The notes below the pieces were generated by a model, which searched no databases, was not told where the DNA came from, and saw only the letters and a program-made list of their open reading frames with translations. A stretch of 64,000 nucleotides of DNA from an uncultured Desulfosarcina sp. (GTDB taxonomy: Bacteria; Desulfobacterota; Desulfobacteria; Desulfobacterales; Desulfosarcinaceae), in NCBI GenBank assembly GCA_963674945.2, contig CAXXWQ010000004.1, positions 352,001 through 416,000 on the forward strand, read 5' to 3'. The position numbers were made by a program, and so were the translations under genes. Within the stretch, counting starts at the first letter, position 1. The number at the start of each line of letters is the position of its first letter. Below are positions 20,330 through 31,064 of this stretch, piece by piece.

Positions 20330-21424
20330 ATGACGACTCTTTCACAATGGATCGAACCGTACATCTTGTCATTGGGCGCCGAAAGTTCGATTTGGACCTC
20401 GCTTGTAAATGCCCTTGCGGTTTTGCTAGCAGGACTTGTTTCATGGTTGCTCGTAAAGCGTGTCCTCGCGACCCTCGAAAAGAGAGAAGGCATTTTCCGG
20501 CTGATACCGATGCGCGGCGACTTGTTTGCCACCACACGGAAAATTGGCGGTCTCGTGATCATCTGGATGGTAGGGGTAATCTGGATCCGGCTGTTTCATA
20601 TCCCCCTGATTGAAAACATATTTCACGCGCTGTTGATCCTTCTCGTCGCTTCACCGGCCAAGTCCTTTCTTCTTATCGTTTTAGAATCCCTGGAATCCAA
20701 CCTGGCGGAACGGACGGAAACCAACATAGACAACATCGTCATCGATCTGCTCAACAAGTTCTCCGGTGCCATTGTATATGCGGTGGCCGTTGTGATCGCC
20801 CTCGACATCATGGGCGTTAACGTAATGCCCTTTATCGCCGGTGCCGGTGTTTTGGGCGTCGCCGTGGGTTTTGCGGCCAAGGACACCCTCTCCAACCTCA
20901 TCGCCGGAATTCTGTTGATCATCGACAGACCATTTGAGATTGGCGACCGAATCGAGGTATGGAGCACTCCGGCCGGAAGTTCCTCCTGGGGTGATGTCAT
21001 CGACATCGGACTTCGGGCCACCCGAATCAAAACCACGGACAACATCGTTGTTATCATCCCCAACAACGAGATCATGACCCGGGACATCGTCAATTACACG
21101 ATCCTCTCGACCGCCATTCGGGTACGCGTCAACATCGGCATTGCCTACGATACCGATATGGCCAAGGCCAAATCGACCATTATCGACGTGGCCAAAGGCG
21201 TGGAATGGATCCTTGCCGAGCCTCCCCCGAAGGTGGTGGTTCGGAATTTCGGCGAGTCCTCGGTGGATCTTCAACTGCGGGTTTGGATAAACGATGCCCG
21301 CAAACGAATGGATACCATCTCCGTCATTACCGATGTGGTGAAAACCAGTTTCGACGAAAAGGGCATCATGATTCCCTATCCAAGAAGGGATATTGCCATC
21401 GTGGGCCAAACCGCCGCAAAATAG
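20330..21424 (+). CDS. MscS-family mechanosensitive channel
   Basis: AGAGVLGVAVGFAAKDTLSNLIAG, RPFEIGD, IGLRATRI, IPN, FGESSVD, IPYPRR. Confidence 0.93.
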   Translation: MTTLSQWIEPYILSLGAESSIWTSLVNALAVLLAGLVSWLLVKRVLATLEKREGIFRLIPMRGDLFATTRKIGGLVIIWMVGVIWIRLFHIPLIENIFHALLILLVASPAKSFLLIVLESLESNLAERTETNIDNIVIDLLNKFSGAIVYAVAVVIALDIMGVNVMPFIAGAGVLGVAVGFAAKDTLSNLIAGILLIIDRPFEIGDRIEVWSTPAGSSSWGDVIDIGLRATRIKTTDNIVVIIPNNEIMTRDIVNYTILSTAIRVRVNIGIAYDTDMAKAKSTIIDVAKGVEWILAEPPPKVVVRNFGESSVDLQLRVWINDARKRMDTISVITDVVKTSFDEKGIMIPYPRRDIAIVGQTAAK

Positions 21425-21532
21425 AATGATTCTCCACAAAAAAAAGACACCTGCCCTTGATTAATGTGAAATATCAAAGTATCTTTTCCAGTTTGAAAAT
21501 ATGATTAGACAACATTCTGGCAGGATTGGATT

Positions 21533-22222
21533 ATGAAACTCTCCATGGAAACGGTTGCCGATGCACTGGAGCTTCCCGCCTCCACGATAAAACGATGGAT
21601 TCGTCAGGGTAGAATCCCCATCCAACGAAGCGGTTCCGAAGTGGTGTTTTCACATTCGGCATTGAAAAAGTGGGCCATTACACACAATATTTCCTTTTCA
21701 CTGGAAAAGGAACAAGACCATCGTAAAAAACATGAATTTGCCGAGACGCTGGTCTCGGCGATGAAACGGGGAAACGTATATCATCACGTTTCCGGAAACG
21801 ACAGCAGCGAGGCATTACGGTCGGCGGTGGATTGCATTGGTTACCTGTCGCCGGACATCATCGACGAATTATATGAAAAGCTGATGGCCCGTGAGCGTTT
21901 GGCATCTACGGGAATTGGAAACGGCATTGCGATCCCCCACCCCCGGGATCCCATTTCCCATCCACCCGAATCGCCTGTTATCACCACCTGTTTTTTGGAA
22001 CGGCCAGTGGTTTTCAACGCCATTGACGACCGACCGGTGTTCGTTTTTTTCCTGCTGATCAGCCCGGCGGTCGATCTTCATCTACATTTGCTTTCCCGAT
22101 TGTCCTACTGCATTCGAAACAAGGCATTTGTTCAATTTCTGACCACACACCCCGAAGCCGAGGAACTCTATTCGCAGGTTTTTGATTGTGAAACTCTTTT
22201 GGATGCCGGAAATCGCTCATAA
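21533..22222 (+). CDS. HTH-fused PTS EIIA (Ntr/fructose-type) protein
   Basis: N-terminal TIKRWIRQGRIP excisionase-like HTH; RERLASTGIGNGIAIPHPR phospho-His motif; HLHLLSRL. Confidence 0.9.
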   Translation: MKLSMETVADALELPASTIKRWIRQGRIPIQRSGSEVVFSHSALKKWAITHNISFSLEKEQDHRKKHEFAETLVSAMKRGNVYHHVSGNDSSEALRSAVDCIGYLSPDIIDELYEKLMARERLASTGIGNGIAIPHPRDPISHPPESPVITTCFLERPVVFNAIDDRPVFVFFLLISPAVDLHLHLLSRLSYCIRNKAFVQFLTTHPEAEELYSQVFDCETLLDAGNRS

Positions 22223-22348
22223 TCTTGGCTGTCCGCTGTGTGCCGATGGCATAGGACCGTGGGTAAAACCCATCGGTCATTTACCGGTTGGCAGTTCGGT
22301 AAGGCCCGTTTACAAAACTGTCTACCCCAAAAATCCCAATCGGTTGTG

Positions 22349-24079
22349 ATGAAACGGCTACTCACGCAGTTAAAATATCCGGGCAACTGGTCCCTGTTTC
22401 GGTCCGACGACCGACTTCTCCTCATGATCTTCGCCATCATCGTGGGGATATGCAGCGGTCTGGCGGCGCTTTTTTTGAATCGCGGGCTGGAATCCATGTT
22501 GGAATGGCTTCATCACTATCGCGCATACTGGTGGGCGATCTTCTTGCCCGCCATCGGAGCGGCCCTCTCCTCTCTGTTCTTGGAAAAAATCATGAATGAA
22601 GGGGCCGGCCACGGTGTTCCCGAAGTCATATACGCGGTCTCGCGATATGGTGGTCTCTTGCGCCTTCGATCCAGTTTCTCACGCCTCATCTCCAGTTGTT
22701 TGACCATCGGCAGCGGGGGATCCGCCGGACCCGAAGCTCCCGTGGTGATGAGTGGTGCCGCCATCGGATCCAACATCGCCCAGGCATTCTCTCTCAACGA
22801 TCGGCAGCGGGTCGCATTGGTGGGTTGTGGTGCCGCGGGGGCAATCGCCGCCATTTTCAACGCACCCATTTCCGGCATGGTGTTCGCCATCGAGGTCATT
22901 CTCGGCGAATGGAGCACCATGAACATCATTCCCATCGCCATCGCAGCCGTAGCAGGAACAGAAGTAAGCAGACTGCTCAAGGGGAATCAAATCGTCTTCG
23001 CACACAGGGATTTCAACATCCATTTCCACGATATCCTGGCCTGTGTGGGGTTGGCCATTTTCTGTGCGGTGGCTTCTCTTCTGCTGACCCGTGTACTTCG
23101 TTCCATGCATCACGCGGTCAAGAGAGTCTCTGTTCCCCTTTGGCTCCGCGCAGCCATGGGAGGCACCATGGTCGGCATTATCGGATTTTTTCTTCCCCAT
23201 GTCCTCGGTGAGGGATACCATGCCATACGAACCGCCATAGAAGGTGGATTTTCCCAAGGGTTGATGCTGGTGACCATCATCACCTTGATGAAGATCCTGG
23301 CAACGTCCCTCACTTTGGGCTGGGGAGGGTCCGGAGGAATTTTCGCCCCCAGTCTGGTCATCGGCGCCTTCGTGGGGTTGAGTTTTCATCGACTCATCGC
23401 CCTGGTCTGGTCTTCCATCCAGTGGGTCAACGAGGGATGTTTCGCCCTTCTGGGAATGGCCGGTCTGATCGGTGGAATCATGCAGGCCCCACTCACCGGA
23501 ATCTTCCTTGTCGTGGAAATCACAGGTGGATACGAAGTAATCCTGCCACTGATCGTGGTTTCATCCATCTCCACGACGCTTTGCCACTACTTCGAAGGTG
23601 CGTCCTTGTATTTGAAGGACCTGGTGGAACAGGGCCAATTGCTCAGACCCGGCACCGATGCCCGTGTGTTGACGGACCTGCATGTGCAGGAAATACTGGA
23701 AACCGACTATGTTCGCATTCATCCCGACATGCGTCTTTCAGAGTTCATCGAAATCGTCAAGACCTCTCACCGCAGTGACTTCCCCGTCGAGGATCGGTCC
23801 ACCGGCCACTTCGTCGGCATGATCCGGCTCAATGAAGTCCGTCCCTATCTCTTCGATTCGGCCCTGCACCATGCCGTACTCACCGGTCAACTGATGGATA
23901 CGAATGTCAGCATTGCTTCTGTGTACGACGATTTGTCCGAAATTCTACGAAAGATGGATGTCGACGGAGTACCCAGCATGCCGGTTGTCTCGGACAACCG
24001 ATTCATGGGAATGATCTCCAAAGCCACGGTTCTGGACCAATACAGGAAAGAATTGATGGTACAAACCGGCAGGTTCTGA
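22349..24079 (+). CDS. ClC-family chloride channel/transporter with CBS domains
   Basis: GHGVPEV, GGSAGPEAP, FNAPISG, GGIFAP, APLTG; two C-terminal CBS domains. Confidence 0.93.
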   Translation: MKRLLTQLKYPGNWSLFRSDDRLLLMIFAIIVGICSGLAALFLNRGLESMLEWLHHYRAYWWAIFLPAIGAALSSLFLEKIMNEGAGHGVPEVIYAVSRYGGLLRLRSSFSRLISSCLTIGSGGSAGPEAPVVMSGAAIGSNIAQAFSLNDRQRVALVGCGAAGAIAAIFNAPISGMVFAIEVILGEWSTMNIIPIAIAAVAGTEVSRLLKGNQIVFAHRDFNIHFHDILACVGLAIFCAVASLLLTRVLRSMHHAVKRVSVPLWLRAAMGGTMVGIIGFFLPHVLGEGYHAIRTAIEGGFSQGLMLVTIITLMKILATSLTLGWGGSGGIFAPSLVIGAFVGLSFHRLIALVWSSIQWVNEGCFALLGMAGLIGGIMQAPLTGIFLVVEITGGYEVILPLIVVSSISTTLCHYFEGASLYLKDLVEQGQLLRPGTDARVLTDLHVQEILETDYVRIHPDMRLSEFIEIVKTSHRSDFPVEDRSTGHFVGMIRLNEVRPYLFDSALHHAVLTGQLMDTNVSIASVYDDLSEILRKMDVDGVPSMPVVSDNRFMGMISKATVLDQYRKELMVQTGRF

Positions 24080-24131
24080 ACCGGGCTCCATATATTCATG
24101 AATCAGGAATGACCCAAAAGGAGAAAAGGCA

Positions 24132-24956
24132 ATGGCACAAAAATTGTTCCACATCTTCAGAAACACGCCGTTGGGAAGGGAAACGCTTCTCCAATCCATT
24201 CATTTTTGCAAACAACTGGGCATTTCCCCCGTCGTATACATCCCGGAATCGACCAAATTTTTAATGTATTTTGAAAACGATGTCGTACAGGTGGACCTGG
24301 ATGCATCCTATCTCAACGACCCGGAGACGGCCGTTTCCCATGCCAAGGAGCTTTTGGTGGAAACGGGGATGAAGCCCGACTTTTTCTCCCCCAAGAACTA
24401 TACGGCATCCACATTGCCCGACATCCCCACCAATTTCGAATTCATGTGCTGCCCGCGCAGCATCAGCGACCTGTCTTCCAAAATCGGCCTGGGGTACATC
24501 GGCCCGCGGGTTCGCCGTATCATCCAATCCGCCCGATTCCCCGTGTTCATGACCAGTCCGGTATTCAAGCCGTGGAGACGCGTGGCCGTTTTCTTCGGCG
24601 GTTCGACCAACGCCGTTAAAGCCATGCGCCTGGGAATCCGGGTTGCAAAAATAACGGGTGTACCACTGGATGTCTTTACCCAATGCAATAATGGGGACAA
24701 GACAAAGTATCACGAAATCGTCCGGGAAAACCAACTGGATGCCCAACTTTCCGAGGTAATGGATCAGTGGATCTTTTTCGAAAAGGGTCGGTTCGAGGAC
24801 AATCTGTATCAGGTCCCCCACGATAGTCTGGTCGTTCTCGGCGCATATGGTCACGGGATCATCCGGGACATCGTCTTCGGCAGCATAATGGAGAAAATCC
24901 AATCCACCATATCCAATAACATGCTCATCGCCGGCCCTAAATACACGGTGGTATAG
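24132..24956 (+). CDS. Universal stress protein-like
   Basis: VLGAYGHGIIRDIVFGS USP signature; two-domain length. Confidence 0.8.
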   Translation: MAQKLFHIFRNTPLGRETLLQSIHFCKQLGISPVVYIPESTKFLMYFENDVVQVDLDASYLNDPETAVSHAKELLVETGMKPDFFSPKNYTASTLPDIPTNFEFMCCPRSISDLSSKIGLGYIGPRVRRIIQSARFPVFMTSPVFKPWRRVAVFFGGSTNAVKAMRLGIRVAKITGVPLDVFTQCNNGDKTKYHEIVRENQLDAQLSEVMDQWIFFEKGRFEDNLYQVPHDSLVVLGAYGHGIIRDIVFGSIMEKIQSTISNNMLIAGPKYTVV

Positions 24957-24965
24957 GAGAACCCC

Positions 24966-25241
24966 ATGATTCGAGATGAAACAGACCCGTCGATGCGCCA
25001 GAAGATTTTTTCGATGAATTTAAACGTCGAAACCGTTTCGCTCTATCTTCTGTGCTGTGCAGTGGCCGACACGGGACAAGAGATCACCCTGTCGGTGATA
25101 CAGGAGAAGTGGAATGGAGATCAGGCAACTCTTGAACGGGCACTCGAACGTTTAGGGAAAGAGAATATCCTCCGCCTTGTCCCGTCGAAAGCAGGGAATG
25201 ATCCCGTTTACCGATTGGTTGATGAAGAGAATTGGCGATAA
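24966..25241 (+). CDS. Small hypothetical protein
   Basis: 91-aa ORF with AGGAG RBS, continuing the operon. Confidence 0.65.
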   Translation: MIRDETDPSMRQKIFSMNLNVETVSLYLLCCAVADTGQEITLSVIQEKWNGDQATLERALERLGKENILRLVPSKAGNDPVYRLVDEENWR

Positions 25242-25259
25242 GATGGGTGACTGCACCGT

Positions 25260-25682
25260 TCACTCCGTCTGGCCGTATCCACTGGAGCAAATGGTGCGTC
25301 GCACACAGGCGATGATTTGTTCATCGGGCAGATCCGTGTTCATCCCGGGGCAGGAGGCCGCCATTGCGTGCCAGTTGCCAACATCAACCAGAACACTGGG
25401 GATGAACGGCCATCTTCGACACATGGTCGGCTTTACCGGATGGATGGTGCACACCTTGTCCCAGAAGACGCAATAGCCGTTGTCACCCTGTGCAATCAGG
25501 GGTCTGCCGCCGGAAGTGTTCGTATATCGGTCGATGAACTGCGCGGGCGTCACGCCGATGAACCGGGATATGGCAGCGATGTCATCGTCGGAGAGATAGG
25601 TCCCGCCGTACCCCTTGCAGCAATCACCACACAGGGTACAGACAAACAGGTCGTCGCACACTCTATCTTCATTTGACGCCAT
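25260..25682 (-). CDS. YkgJ-family (CxxCxxCC) cysteine cluster protein
   Basis: FVCTLCGDCC, YCVF, CTIHPVKPTMCRRWPF, CPG. Confidence 0.9.
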   Translation of the reverse strand: MASNEDRVCDDLFVCTLCGDCCKGYGGTYLSDDDIAAISRFIGVTPAQFIDRYTNTSGGRPLIAQGDNGYCVFWDKVCTIHPVKPTMCRRWPFIPSVLVDVGNWHAMAASCPGMNTDLPDEQIIACVRRTICSSGYGQTE

Positions 25683-26274
25683 AGCGGCTCTCCATGGCCC
25701 GTTTCAAGGTAACCTGGTCCACATATTTCAGATCACCGCCCATGGGTATCCCCGATGCAATGCGGGTAACCTTCACCGGATAGGCGGCCAGTATCTGTGC
25801 GATATAAGAGGCCGTGGATTCTCCTTCCACATTCGTTCCCGTGGCCAAGACGATCTCCTCCACCCCCTCTTTTTCAACGCGCTGCACAAGCGCTGCAATT
25901 TTAATATCATCGGGACCGATACCGTCCATGGGAGACAATACGCCTCCCAAAACATGGTAACGACCGGTAAAGGCGCCTGATTTTTCGATGGATGCCAGGT
26001 CCGCCGGCTGTTCCACCACGCAGATTACGCCATTTTTTCTGGAAGGATCCTTGCAAATTCGGCACAGATGATCGTCACTTAATGCAAAGCAGCAGGAACA
26101 AAGCCGCAATTTCTCTTTTAGCGCAACGATACTTCGTGCCAGTTGCTGGGCCTCTTCGCTGGAATGCTGGAGAATATGCATGGTAAGCCGCTCCGCGGTC
26201 TTCGTTCCGATACCCGGCAGACGGGATAGATGCTTGATCAGATTGGTGACGGAGTCGGGATAGTGGTTCATCAC
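25669..26274 (-). CDS. recR: Recombination mediator RecR
   Basis: [13 protein letters not shown]4 zinc finger, [35 protein letters not shown]. Confidence 0.97.
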   Translation of the reverse strand: MMNHYPDSVTNLIKHLSRLPGIGTKTAERLTMHILQHSSEEAQQLARSIVALKEKLRLCSCCFALSDDHLCRICKDPSRKNGVICVVEQPADLASIEKSGAFTGRYHVLGGVLSPMDGIGPDDIKIAALVQRVEKEGVEEIVLATGTNVEGESTASYIAQILAAYPVKVTRIASGIPMGGDLKYVDQVTLKRAMESRYGVK

Positions 26275-26582
26275 ATGAGACCGGGAATGTTCATCCCACC
26301 GGTGATCTTTCCCATTTCCGAAGAAACCATCTCCTGGGACTTGGTCAGTGCATCGTTGACGGCGGCGAGAACCAGGTCTTCCAGCATCTCCACATCGTCA
26401 GGATCGACGACTTCCTTTTCGATTTTGATGGAGACGATCTGCTGGGCCCCATTGGCCACTACGGTGATCATGCCGCCGCCGGCCGTGGTTTCTACCGTTC
26501 TCGAGGCCAGTTCTTCTTGCATGCGCAGCATCTTTGCCTGAAGTTTCTGGGCTTTTTTCATCATGTTCCCCATATTTTTCAT
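26271..26582 (-). CDS. ybaB: YbaB/EbfC nucleoid-associated protein
   Basis: [37 protein letters not shown]; between dnaX and recR. Confidence 0.95.
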   Translation of the reverse strand: MKNMGNMMKKAQKLQAKMLRMQEELASRTVETTAGGGMITVVANGAQQIVSIKIEKEVVDPDDVEMLEDLVLAAVNDALTKSQEMVSSEMGKITGGMNIPGLM

Positions 26583-26594
26583 GAACACGTCCTC

Positions 26595-28295
26595 CTATTT
26601 GATTTTTATTTCATCGATTTTGCCACTGAAAATGTCCACTGCATCCGCAACCAGTGGATGATTGAGAAGCCTTCGTTCCATTTTCTCCACCCTTTTCTTT
26701 GCCGATCCCGCATGATCCAGTCGGGTACCCGATCCATCAACGGACATTTCGAGTCGAAAGGCCTTTCCGGTGTGCTCCCGACAGACAGATTCAATCAAAG
26801 GCAGGTTTTTTTTCACTAGTTTTGTCGTGTAGTCATTGTCCACCGCCCCGACACGAATGGTCTCTTCGGTTTCCCCAATTTGCTGCATGCGGGAAAGCGC
26901 CGTCCCAACGGATGGTTTCGTCTTTGATACGGCGTCAATCACACGCTGCCAGGGGGCCATATCCCCTTCCCCATCCACTGATGCCCCGGTTACGGTGGAA
27001 TCGGCGGCTGAAGGAGATGCCAGTGGTGATGGCCCGGTTTCCGATGGATCGACGTCGGTTGGACCTTCGATCTTTATCTTAACATTCGACGTTTCCCGAT
27101 CGTCTCCATACGCGGACTGCATCTCGACGATTCCCGATGCGGCGTTCAGATTCGGATCTTTGAGAAGGTGATCCATTTTCTCGATCAGCAGATCGATGGG
27201 CAGGGCCGGTGTAATTTGATGAATCTTGAAGAATACCATCTCAATGGTCAGCCTTGGCTGAGACGCTTGCCGGACGGTCGTCTCTGCATCGAACAGCACA
27301 TTGTAGACCTGATCGATAAAGGAAAGGGGAAGATCCCGAACCTGCCCTTCCAGACGTTCCACCTCTTTCGGCGAAAAATCGGAAAGAAGTTCGGCACCGG
27401 CCTTCACCTTGATCAGCATCAGGTGACGAAAATGGAGCAAAACGTCACCGAAAAATCGTTTCAAATCCTTTCCGTTTTTAAAGACATCATCGATGATGGA
27501 CAAGATGCGGGGAATGTTTCTGGCAAATGTCGCCTCACTTATGTCGAACAGCACGTTTCGGTCCATGGCCCCCAAAAGGCCCGTTACATAATCATCCTCC
27601 ACCTGACCGCCGCTGCAGGCAAGGACCTGGTCCAGCAAGCTCAAGGCATCACGCAGGCTTCCCCCTGACTCGCGCGAAATGGCCCACAGGTTATCGGCAC
27701 TCAGACAGACGCCTTCCATCTTGCACAGGGAATCCAGGTGCGCAGAAATGGAAGAGAGATCGATCCGTTTCAGGTCATGGCGCTGACACCGGGAAAGGAT
27801 GGTGATGGGAATTTTATGTGCCTCGGTGGTGGCAAAGAGAAACATTACATGGGCCGGCGGTTCCTCCAATGTTTTCAAGAGTGCATTGAAGGCCGCGATA
27901 CTGAGCATGTGAACTTCGTCGATAATGTAAATCTTGAAGCGGCTGTGGGCCGGCATGTACCGGATGTTGTCCCGAAGTTCCCGCACCTGGTCCACACTGT
28001 TGTTGGATGCGCCATCGATCTCGAACACATCCACACCGCGTCCGGCGGTGATGTCCTGGCAGGAACGACATGTGTTACAGGGTATCGGAACGGGGCCGGA
28101 TTTGCAGTTCATTGCCTTTGCCAGGATTCGTGCGATGGTGGTTTTTCCGGTTCCCCGTGGTCCGGAAAATAGGATGGCGTGGGCCACCCGATCACTTTGT
28201 ATGGCATTGGCAAGAGTCCTGGTGACGTGGGATTGTCCAACCACTTCTTCGAACGTTTGCGGGCGGTATTTTCTTGCTAAGACCAAGTATGCCAT
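26595..28295 (-). CDS. dnaX: DNA polymerase III subunit gamma/tau
   Basis: LARKYRPQTF, GPRGTGKTT, IIDEVHML, NALLKTLEEPP, TILSRC. Confidence 0.98.
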   Translation of the reverse strand: MAYLVLARKYRPQTFEEVVGQSHVTRTLANAIQSDRVAHAILFSGPRGTGKTTIARILAKAMNCKSGPVPIPCNTCRSCQDITAGRGVDVFEIDGASNNSVDQVRELRDNIRYMPAHSRFKIYIIDEVHMLSIAAFNALLKTLEEPPAHVMFLFATTEAHKIPITILSRCQRHDLKRIDLSSISAHLDSLCKMEGVCLSADNLWAISRESGGSLRDALSLLDQVLACSGGQVEDDYVTGLLGAMDRNVLFDISEATFARNIPRILSIIDDVFKNGKDLKRFFGDVLLHFRHLMLIKVKAGAELLSDFSPKEVERLEGQVRDLPLSFIDQVYNVLFDAETTVRQASQPRLTIEMVFFKIHQITPALPIDLLIEKMDHLLKDPNLNAASGIVEMQSAYGDDRETSNVKIKIEGPTDVDPSETGPSPLASPSAADSTVTGASVDGEGDMAPWQRVIDAVSKTKPSVGTALSRMQQIGETEETIRVGAVDNDYTTKLVKKNLPLIESVCREHTGKAFRLEMSVDGSGTRLDHAGSAKKRVEKMERRLLNHPLVADAVDIFSGKIDEIKIK

Positions 28296-28452
28296 TTCAA
28301 TCAATCCTTCGAAGACCGTGTTGCCGAGTTACTGTACCCCATACGCAGTCAAGCCGCAACCCATCATCTCCTAAGGTCCCGTCCGGATCAGGAAAATCAG
28401 TCTGAAGTAACGGATTGCGGGGAGAAAAAAGAGGAATGGAGTAAAAAAAGGA

Positions 28453-28546
28453 TGGCGGAGAGAGAGGGATTCGAACCCTCGGTGCCGCTATAAACGACAC
28501 ACACGATTTCCAGTCGTGCTCCTTCAGCCAACTCGGACATCTCTCC
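28453..28546 (-). tRNA. tRNA-Ser(GGA)
   Basis: GGAGAGATGTCCGAGTTGG...CACGA CT-GGA-AA TCGTG, long variable arm, GGTTCGAATCC, encoded CCA. Confidence 0.97.
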
Positions 28547-28612
28547 GCGTTTTGCAGGCAACGCTGATTTGTGAAGGGCCTGTTCGCTCCCGCGTTTCGG
28601 TACTCCGGAAAG

Positions 28613-28705
28613 TGGCGGAGAGGGTGGGATTCGAACCCACGATCCCGCTTTTGGCAGGATACCGCTTTTCGAGAGCGGGGCCTTCAGCCACTCGGCCACC
28701 TCTCC
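28613..28705 (-). tRNA. tRNA-Ser(CGA)
   Basis: GGAGAGGTGGCCGAGTGG...CCGCT CT-CGA-AA AGCGG, long variable arm, GGTTCGAATCC, encoded CCA. Confidence 0.97.
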
Positions 28706-29013
28706 TTACCCCTCACAGGCACCAACACAAAAAAGCTTTTTTTAGCTTTTTTCTTAATTATTTGTCAACCCTCATTATCGTCTTTTTTAGGGCAACCGCC
28801 TTTGCATTTTATTCCCTTATCTCATGCTCTCAACTCCTTCGAGGGGGTTGCCCTGTCGTCTTTCTTACGTGGTAATAACGAATTTTTAACGGAAATGATC
28901 TTGAACTGACGAGGCCACCTATAGTATCAGTTTCGATTCGGTCGTTTGTTCAATAAACGGTTTGTCAACCAAGATGCAGCAATGTCACCATTGAAGAAAG
29001 GAAGTTTCGATTC

Positions 29014-30342
29014 ATGGCTACAGTATTGCCCTTTAAAGGAATACGATATAATCCGGAAATCATCGACGATCGGTCAGCGGTCACGACACCCCCCTATGAC
29101 GTTATTTCCTTGGATGAGCAGGATGAATTTTACAAAAGACATCCCAACAACATCATCCGCCTGATATTGAACCGGGCCGAGGCGACAGATACAAAAGAGG
29201 ACAATCCCCATACGCGATCGGCGGCCCATTTCAAGCAATGGATGTCTACTGGCGTCCTGAAGCAGGACGACACCCCCTCTTTTTATGTGAAAGCCATCAC
29301 CTATAACCACGAAGGGCAGGATATCACCCGATTTGGGCTGATTGCGATCGTCGGCGTGGAACCCTTTTCCAAACGAATCGTCCTTCCCCATGAGAAAACC
29401 TTTTCGAAGGTGAAATCCGAAAGGCTCTCGTTGATAAAGGCCACGCGCTGCAACTATTGCCCCATTTTCTCGCTCTATCCCGACGATGGTAGTATTCTCG
29501 GAACCGTATTGGGTGCCATCGAACCACTTTCCCCCGTGGATGACTTCATCGACGAACAAGGACACCAAAATCGTTTGTGGCAGATTGTCGATCCTGAAAT
29601 TCATCAAAGGGTGACAAAGGCCATGTCCGACAAACGGCTGTTCATCGCAGATGGGCACCATCGCTATGAAACGGCACTGAATTACAAACAATTTCTTCAA
29701 AAGACCGATCCAACCTTCGATGATGGCCATCCGGCCAATTACGTGATGATGTACCTTTGCAGCATGAGCGACCCCGGTCTGAACATTCTTCCTGCCCACC
29801 GGCTGATCAAGGCCGTTACATCCGAAGAGGTTCAGCAGGCCATCGAAGCATCCCGCAGCTATTTTCAAGTCACGGACTATCCCTTTACGGCGGAAAGTCG
29901 CCGACAGGTGGAGAAAAATTTTCTCGCCGCCCTCGAGACCGGATCCGACAGAAATTGTATCGGAATCTATGCCCGTGGCGCCTCGGTGTTTCACCTGCTG
30001 ACACTAAACGCCGGTGTCATGGATCAGTTGTTCGAAGATGAACTGCCGCCACCCTTGCGGCGGTTGGATGTGAGCGTTTTGACGAGACTGATATTCATGA
30101 AAATTCTTGGGTTTGACACGGCAAGGTTGGACGATGAAACCTTGATCGGATATGCCAGCACCCATGATAGAGCACTTCGAGCAATCGACAATGGCACCTT
30201 TGATGTCGCCTTTGTTCTCAATCCAACCCGGATCGAACAAGTTCAGGAGGTTGCGCAAAAGGGCCTGATTATGCCGAGAAAATCAACCTATTTCTACCCG
30301 AAGGTTCGATCTGGATCGGTGATGAACACCCTTGTCCCTTAA
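29014..30342 (+). CDS. DUF1015 family protein
   Basis: PFKGIRY, PPYDVI, LPHEKT, FIADGHHRYETA, MPRKSTYFYPK. Confidence 0.92.
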   Translation: MATVLPFKGIRYNPEIIDDRSAVTTPPYDVISLDEQDEFYKRHPNNIIRLILNRAEATDTKEDNPHTRSAAHFKQWMSTGVLKQDDTPSFYVKAITYNHEGQDITRFGLIAIVGVEPFSKRIVLPHEKTFSKVKSERLSLIKATRCNYCPIFSLYPDDGSILGTVLGAIEPLSPVDDFIDEQGHQNRLWQIVDPEIHQRVTKAMSDKRLFIADGHHRYETALNYKQFLQKTDPTFDDGHPANYVMMYLCSMSDPGLNILPAHRLIKAVTSEEVQQAIEASRSYFQVTDYPFTAESRRQVEKNFLAALETGSDRNCIGIYARGASVFHLLTLNAGVMDQLFEDELPPPLRRLDVSVLTRLIFMKILGFDTARLDDETLIGYASTHDRALRAIDNGTFDVAFVLNPTRIEQVQEVAQKGLIMPRKSTYFYPKVRSGSVMNTLVP

Positions 30343-31061
30343 TCTGACAACATTCGCTGGACGGATTCGGTGTACGCACCGTCCTCGTTGTACAGGTAGA
30401 TCGGCGGGCTTATTTCAAGACCCGTTCCTCCGCTTTTTACACCAGAGACAAAAACAAGCCGTGCCGGACCGGCTGTGTTTGAATGGATCATCGTCATGGA
30501 CTTGGGCTCGATCCCGACGCTGCGCATCGTGGTAACAAGGTCCACGGTGCGAAGGGACGGATAAATGATGGCAAAACGCCCGGACTTGTCGAGCATCCGA
30601 TAGGCCGTGGATAGCAAAGAGGCCAAATTGACACGCAATTCGTGCCGTGCCACGGCCTTCTGACGATCGGCGCTGATACGGCCGCTTCCCAGCCGACGGT
30701 ACGGCGGATTGCTTACCACCAGATCCACTGGCCCGCCGATATCTGTCACGGAGAGCTGGGTCATATCCTTGTTCAGGATGCGAATCTGTCGCTGCATTCT
30801 GTTGACCGCTACGTTTTTGCCGGCCAGATCGGAAAGTGCGGTCTGAATCTCGACTCCGATCACCTTAACGTCCGGTTGTCGATAGGCCAGCATGATGGGA
30901 ATCACACCGCAACCGGTTCCCAGGTCCATTATCCTGTCACCGGCCTGTGGGCACGCCAGGTGTGAAAGGAGCACCGCATCGATGGAAAAGCGGTAACCGG
31001 ATTTGGGTTGGTCCAAAAGGATGTTACCCGATAGAAAGCGATCGTGGGTCAGCGAATTCAT
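30339..31061 (-). CDS. tRNA1(Val) adenine-N6-methyltransferase-like SAM methyltransferase
   Basis: GYRFSIDAVLL, DLGTGCG, NPPY, ARHE. Confidence 0.88.
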   Translation of the reverse strand: MNSLTHDRFLSGNILLDQPKSGYRFSIDAVLLSHLACPQAGDRIMDLGTGCGVIPIMLAYRQPDVKVIGVEIQTALSDLAGKNVAVNRMQRQIRILNKDMTQLSVTDIGGPVDLVVSNPPYRRLGSGRISADRQKAVARHELRVNLASLLSTAYRMLDKSGRFAIIYPSLRTVDLVTTMRSVGIEPKSMTMIHSNTAGPARLVFVSGVKSGGTGLEISPPIYLYNEDGAYTESVQRMLSD

Positions 31062-31064
31062 GGA

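Noticed and set aside
28296..28452. SRP RNA (ffs), often found between tRNA-Ser and dnaX
   Set aside because: No CAGG-x-GGAA-x-AGCA helix-8 motif seen on either strand here or between the tRNAs
28453..28705. tRNA-anchored genomic island or prophage
   Set aside because: No integrase and no duplicated tRNA 3' end seen; flanks are core genes
28397..28909. ORFs overlapping the tRNA region
   Set aside because: Translations of tRNA-Ser genes and their promoter region
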